Assembly (NCBI GenBank): GCA_003614675.1
Contig: ML002372.1
Span: 1-36,707, forward strand
Reading direction: 5' to 3'
DNA length: 36,707 bases
DNA from: Dimargaris cristalligena
Taxonomy: Eukaryota
Shown piece by piece: positions 32,296-36,707 of this stretch (position 1 is its first letter; each line of letters opens with the position of its first letter). The notes below the pieces were generated by a model. That model ran no database searches and had not been told where the DNA came from. It saw nothing but the letters and a program-made list of their open reading frames with translations. Both the position numbers and the translations under genes were made by a program.

Positions 32296-32921
32296 GGTGG
32301 ATAGGGACAGGAAGGGATACGGTGCTTATTAAACTTCGGGAAATAGGGTGTGGTCTTGCGGAGGTCGAAGTGGGTGGGGGAGAGGTGAATACTTAATGGC
32401 TCGGTAGGTAGAGTCTGTGTTGGTTGAATATCTCTTACAGGACGAGCGACACGAGGTACATATACGGAACGAATGAAACAAGAACAGCATAGAAGAGCAG
32501 GTTGCCGAAAAACCGACTAACCAACCTAGAAAGGAATAACGGGTGCAATGCACAGCGTCGAATCGAGGGCTTATCGGTGGGATTGGGGAAAACGTTAGGT
32601 TGGACAAAAAGTGGGGGGAATCCCCCCGTCTTTCATATATAGCACCATACTGGGTATCCAAAGCGACCTAGCAGCTAGGCTTACTGTGTAAGAAATACTT
32701 CCTCCTAAATAGAGTGGGTGACTGGCGGACTCGGGGAGCACGCGGTGCGCAGTACTCAAGACACAGTGGCTTAGGTTCACCACTCCCACTTCATACGCAT
32801 TATAGCCATGCTAGAAAGTGCATTTATCTCCCATTCGACCCCATACTTTGGCGCTCTTCCAAGTCTTACTTCATTTCCCCTTATTCACCCTGCACTCCCT
32901 CGAACGGAGCCCTAGCTTAAC
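32296..32921. promoter_or_regulatory. Divergent (bidirectional) promoter region shared by ELP5 and RAD51C
   Basis: 626 bp between two divergent start codons, with pyrimidine-rich leaders pointing outward on each strand. Confidence 0.6.
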
Positions 32922-35708
32922 ATGTCCCGACCCATTCTATCGTTGGATTTGCCCTCGTCAGTCCGACATCGACTCATTGAAACTGGTTACCGAACCGTAT
33001 CGGATTTGGAGGGTATGAGGCCCTCCGATTTGAAAAAGGGTGAGTCTCATTGCTTGCCACTCTCCCGGACTTGCTCATCAGGACTATCTCGTCTACCAGC
33101 CCCTCTTCCACTGAAGTCAATAAGGCACCTTTGCAGTTATTCTGACTCACTCGCTTCGGCTGTTTTGTCACTGTCATTTAAATTAAATATTTAATCACAC
33201 TCAGAGCTGGATATCACTCTAGAGGAGGCACTTGAAATAGCGCAACTGGTCCGGCCAGGTAAGTAGTATCATCACTACCACCCATTACAATGATCCCGGG
33301 AGCTGACCAGAGGTGGCTTCATTTTAACCATTCATGAAGCTCCCAAGTTCATAAAGGGCTTTACCAGGCAAAACCCTGCTAAACCCCCTTTTTTTAAATG
33401 ACTCCCAATCCAACCCCACTCACCCACATTATTGTTCCTTGTATTGCTCGGTATAGCCGTTATTGAGACCGTATTGGCATCTCAACTATTGGAGAAAGAG
33501 CGCGTTCAGCTTCATATTTCTTCCGGCTCAGTCGCACTTGACCGGCTGCTCGGTGGTCGAGGAATCACACCAGGGGTTATTACCGAGTTCTTTGGGGTCC
33601 CGGGCATTGGCAAAACGCAGATCAGGTAACCCATAACACCATATTGCAATGAGGGATGCTCCAATAGCTGATCCGCAGTATCCCTGATTTGGTATAGATT
33701 AGGCTAAGCTACATACTTGATACATTACGTTATGCCCAAGGCCACTTACCACCGACTATTGTATTTTTGTGCATTGGATTCTGATTGTGCCTGCATTAAT
33801 TATGCCGATATTCGTTCTCTAGCATCCAGCTTTGCGTCAATTCCCTAATAGCGCACGACGTCGACTCTCCCCCGACTCGTGCCATTTATATTGGTATGCT
33901 TATGTTTATTTTTTACAATTGATTTCTAAGGACTGGTGACTTTATCAACCCCATGTCTTAGCTGGTCCGCTATTAATCTGAGAGCTAACCCCCCTAACTA
34001 GGGTTCCCTTCACTTTCCTATTCCAATAGATACTGAAGGCAGTTTCATGGCCAGGCGGGCCCACCAAATGTGCGGTGCTCTTATTGATCGGCTAGTTAAA
34101 TCAAACCCCGCGTCTGCAGATTCATTAAGTAGGTAACCCGGCCATTACTACCCATGTTGATTTATTTTTGACCGAATATTGTATTTAAGGTAGCGCCGAC
34201 GACAGAAATCGAATATATCCAAATATTAATAAATTGTATTCATGATTGGTAATGATTGGGGGGGGGGGTGGTATCCTTTTTTTGTTTATATCGGTTTCCC
34301 TGTGCGTCAGCGATCGATGAGTTGCTCGACCGTATTATTTATTTCCGGGTATACGATCATTCCGAGTTCGTCGCTCTCATAGGCCAACTGAGTGATTTTA
34401 TCAGGGAAAAACACGTAAGTGATCAACCTACCAATTCGCCGACACCATATAGCAAGGTTATATTAGAGAGGGCCAGTCGACATGCCCCGATTAAAACACT
34501 TACTGGAAGGCCAGTGGAATGCCCCTTGGCATAATAGCTGGCCTGTACTAACCGTTTTCCGCCAAGGTTTTTTTACAACTCGGCAATTACTCGTATATAT
34601 GTGTATTAACCCCCCACCCACCAAATAATCTGCCTGCAGGTCAACTTAGTGGCAATTGACAGTATCGCCTTTCCCTTCCGCGCCGGCTTTACCGATATGA
34701 GTCAGCGGGCCCGGCAGTTGAGTGGGGTAGCAAGGACCCTTAGCCACGTGGCGCGGGACTTCGACATTGCGGTAAGCACTTATGGGGGGTGGCATTGTTC
34801 CCCCCTCGGCGTACTCTCTCTCTCTCTTTCATGCTCACCATACATGCCAAACATACTCTAGATGATTCTACTACCCATCTGCTTCCTCGGGCCTGTCTAG
34901 CCGGCGCTAATATCGCGGCAATCCTAACATATTTATTTACCTTATATCGATTCCTCTACAACAGGTGGTTTTAATCAATCAAATGACTACGAAAGTGTCT
35001 CATGCTGATGTCGACAACCAAGAATCTCACCTCATACCCACCCTCGGTAAGTGGTCGGCACTATGCCTAAGTGGGGTATAGTATTAGGCGGAGGGTAAGC
35101 GAGTTGGGCTTGATTTTTTCAATATACACCACTCATAAACTGATTCGCTAATTGATTGGGGGCCGAGTTTGTTTTTATTTATTATTTATTCAAGGCGAGA
35201 GCTGGGGACATGTTTGTAACCACCGAATAGCTCTGTTCTGGGATCGGGGAACTAGGTAAGTTCTGTCTGGGTAGATGTATATGAGCAGCGAAAGCCGGGC
35301 CCTTTGTATTGCTTATTTTGGTTGATAGGATTCATGTTTAAGGTTAATTTAGTTGGGCCAGCCCTATAAACGTTTAATTGCTTCATCCCTTTCCTCATCG
35401 ATGGCTATCAATAGGTATGCACGGATATTCAAATCATCCAGTCTTCAAATTGAAACGGTCCCATATCGAATAACGGTAAGTCTATTATGAACTCGCATCG
35501 CTTGTGTGTTTTTCCTTGGCTAATTACATCTTCCCACCCACAGAGAGATGGCCGATAAACGGACCATCGCCCTGATGTATTCTTGTACTACATCGCTCCC
35601 ATAACCGTTTTTGGGTTGTTTAACTAAATTATACAATGGCATGCTATTATTAATTGACAACCGTTACTCATGCTCATTTAGATGGAGGGCCTCAGTGATA
35701 TTGGGTAA
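32922..35708 (+). CDS. RAD51C: RAD51 paralog RAD51C, 11 exons, 325 aa
   Basis: Exons 32922-33039, 33205-33258, 33457-33625, 33823-33893, 34030-34128, 34311-34414, 34640-34771, 34965-35046, 35195-35255, 35415-35475, 35682-35708 (978 nt, phases consistent). Walker A GVPGIGKTQ, AIYIDTEGSF, Walker B LVAIDSIAFPFR, VVLINQMTTK and LIPTLGESWGH..NHRIALFW match RAD51C. The last exon is ambiguous (see findings). Confidence 0.92.
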
Positions 35709-35900
35709 AATCACAAAAACTACCACTCTGCAAACCTGGGTTAGTCAGTTGCGAAGGACTAAGAGCCGTGAATTTGATCGTTATTGGATTTCTTTGAAGA
35801 AATAAATTAGCTGCGCCCTGGGATATCCCCTTCTGAAGGTCTCAATTAGCATGGTGTCTCATTAATCTAATATTTAACTGTTTAGTGCTTTTATAAAACG

Positions 35901-36512
35901 TCTAATGGATCATGTTGCTGACACTCTATGGTACAGTTACATTACAATTACTATGTTGAATGTTGGCCCTCCTAATCTGACCTAATCCAGCTAGATGATT
36001 GTCTGCCATATCAGGCCTTATAGTGCCATATTGAACCCCCCCATGGTCACCCCCAGTGCTATGGGGACAACTATTATCATATATCCCACCAATTGGGCTC
36101 TCTGGTGTTTACACTAATTACTCTACCATCAATCTGAGGCCCCTTGCAGTTCCCATAGTAGTCTTCCCAATATAAGGACCACTGGCCAGTTTTACTCATT
36201 GATAACTTAGTTATATAGTTCTTCCCTTAGGGACCTCCCATTGGAGTAGTCCCCTACATATATATAACTAGGCCCATTTGGGACTGGTTAGAATCTTCAG
36301 CTTATTCTTACCCCCCTCAGTTTACTCAATAAACTCCTTATATACTCACCCCATCATACTGACTAGTAAGTATGTACCACTGCACATCCCTAACATAATT
36401 GACTACACTTGCTTTATTTGGTTAGTATGGTGCCCCTCCCTAACACTAGTAACCCACTTAGCTAAGTCTAAAGCCCTGCCTACTGTAAAGAACTAAACTC
36501 AAATCCTTGAAA
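35901..36512. mobile_element. Decayed dispersed repeat (probable retroelement relic), copy 2
   Basis: 36047-36512 is homologous to 48-521. No CpG from 35901 to the end of the window. Confidence 0.8.
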
Positions 36513-36707
36513 ACTGAACTTTATTTGAAAAGATATGTGATAAGAAGGGAAAGATGATAGACTTGCTATTCCAAGAGGTGGCAATAAGGGGGAGTATTTA
36601 TACTCAAAAGAGGAAGCCTAAATGAAAAGATGGATAATAGAGAAAGGGAGAGAAGGTCCCAGAATATTGGATGACAAAGCAGAGGGAAAGGGAAGGGAGT
36701 TCCCAGA
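36484..36707 (-). mobile_element. LTR-like end (truncated by the window edge)
   Basis: On the minus strand: GTATAAATA (36603-36595), then AATAAA (36525-36520), ending ...CTTTACA at 36484. This TATA, polyA signal, ACA order is typical of an LTR. CpG-free. Confidence 0.4.

Noticed and set aside
48-36512. Whole window as one giant transposon bounded by direct repeats
   Set aside because: The interior holds core single-copy-type genes, with no transposase, recombinase or gag-pol. The flanking copies are ~20% diverged and no target-site duplication was found.

Overview
Eukaryotic genomic DNA with GT-AG introns (about 135-340 nt, CTAAC/CTAAT-like branch sites). Gene content (intron-rich RAD51C, fungal-type ARP9, ELP5, GID8) points to an early-diverging fungus; the taxon is inferred, not proven. 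Left to right: a CpG-free decayed repeat; two orphan minus-strand genes (one with a signal peptide); a CREB/ATF-type bZIP gene with a cluster of CRE motifs upstream; 5-exon ARP9; a giant intronless ~1890-aa disordered protein containing an AKAP-like amphipathic helix; a Ser/Pro-rich orphan; 3-exon GID8; 4-exon ELP5 head-to-head with 11-exon RAD51C; and a second, diverged copy of the same CpG-free repeat running into an LTR-like tail. Exon models were built by hand from splice sites and phase checks. Best leads: (1) the candidate fungal AKAP-like scaffold, (2) a TG/CA mutation signature pointing to CpG-targeted decay of repeats, (3) possible CRE-based autoregulation of the bZIP gene, (4) an isolated 14-bp-stem hairpin at 10.7 kb. 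No tRNA, rRNA or CRISPR array was recognised.
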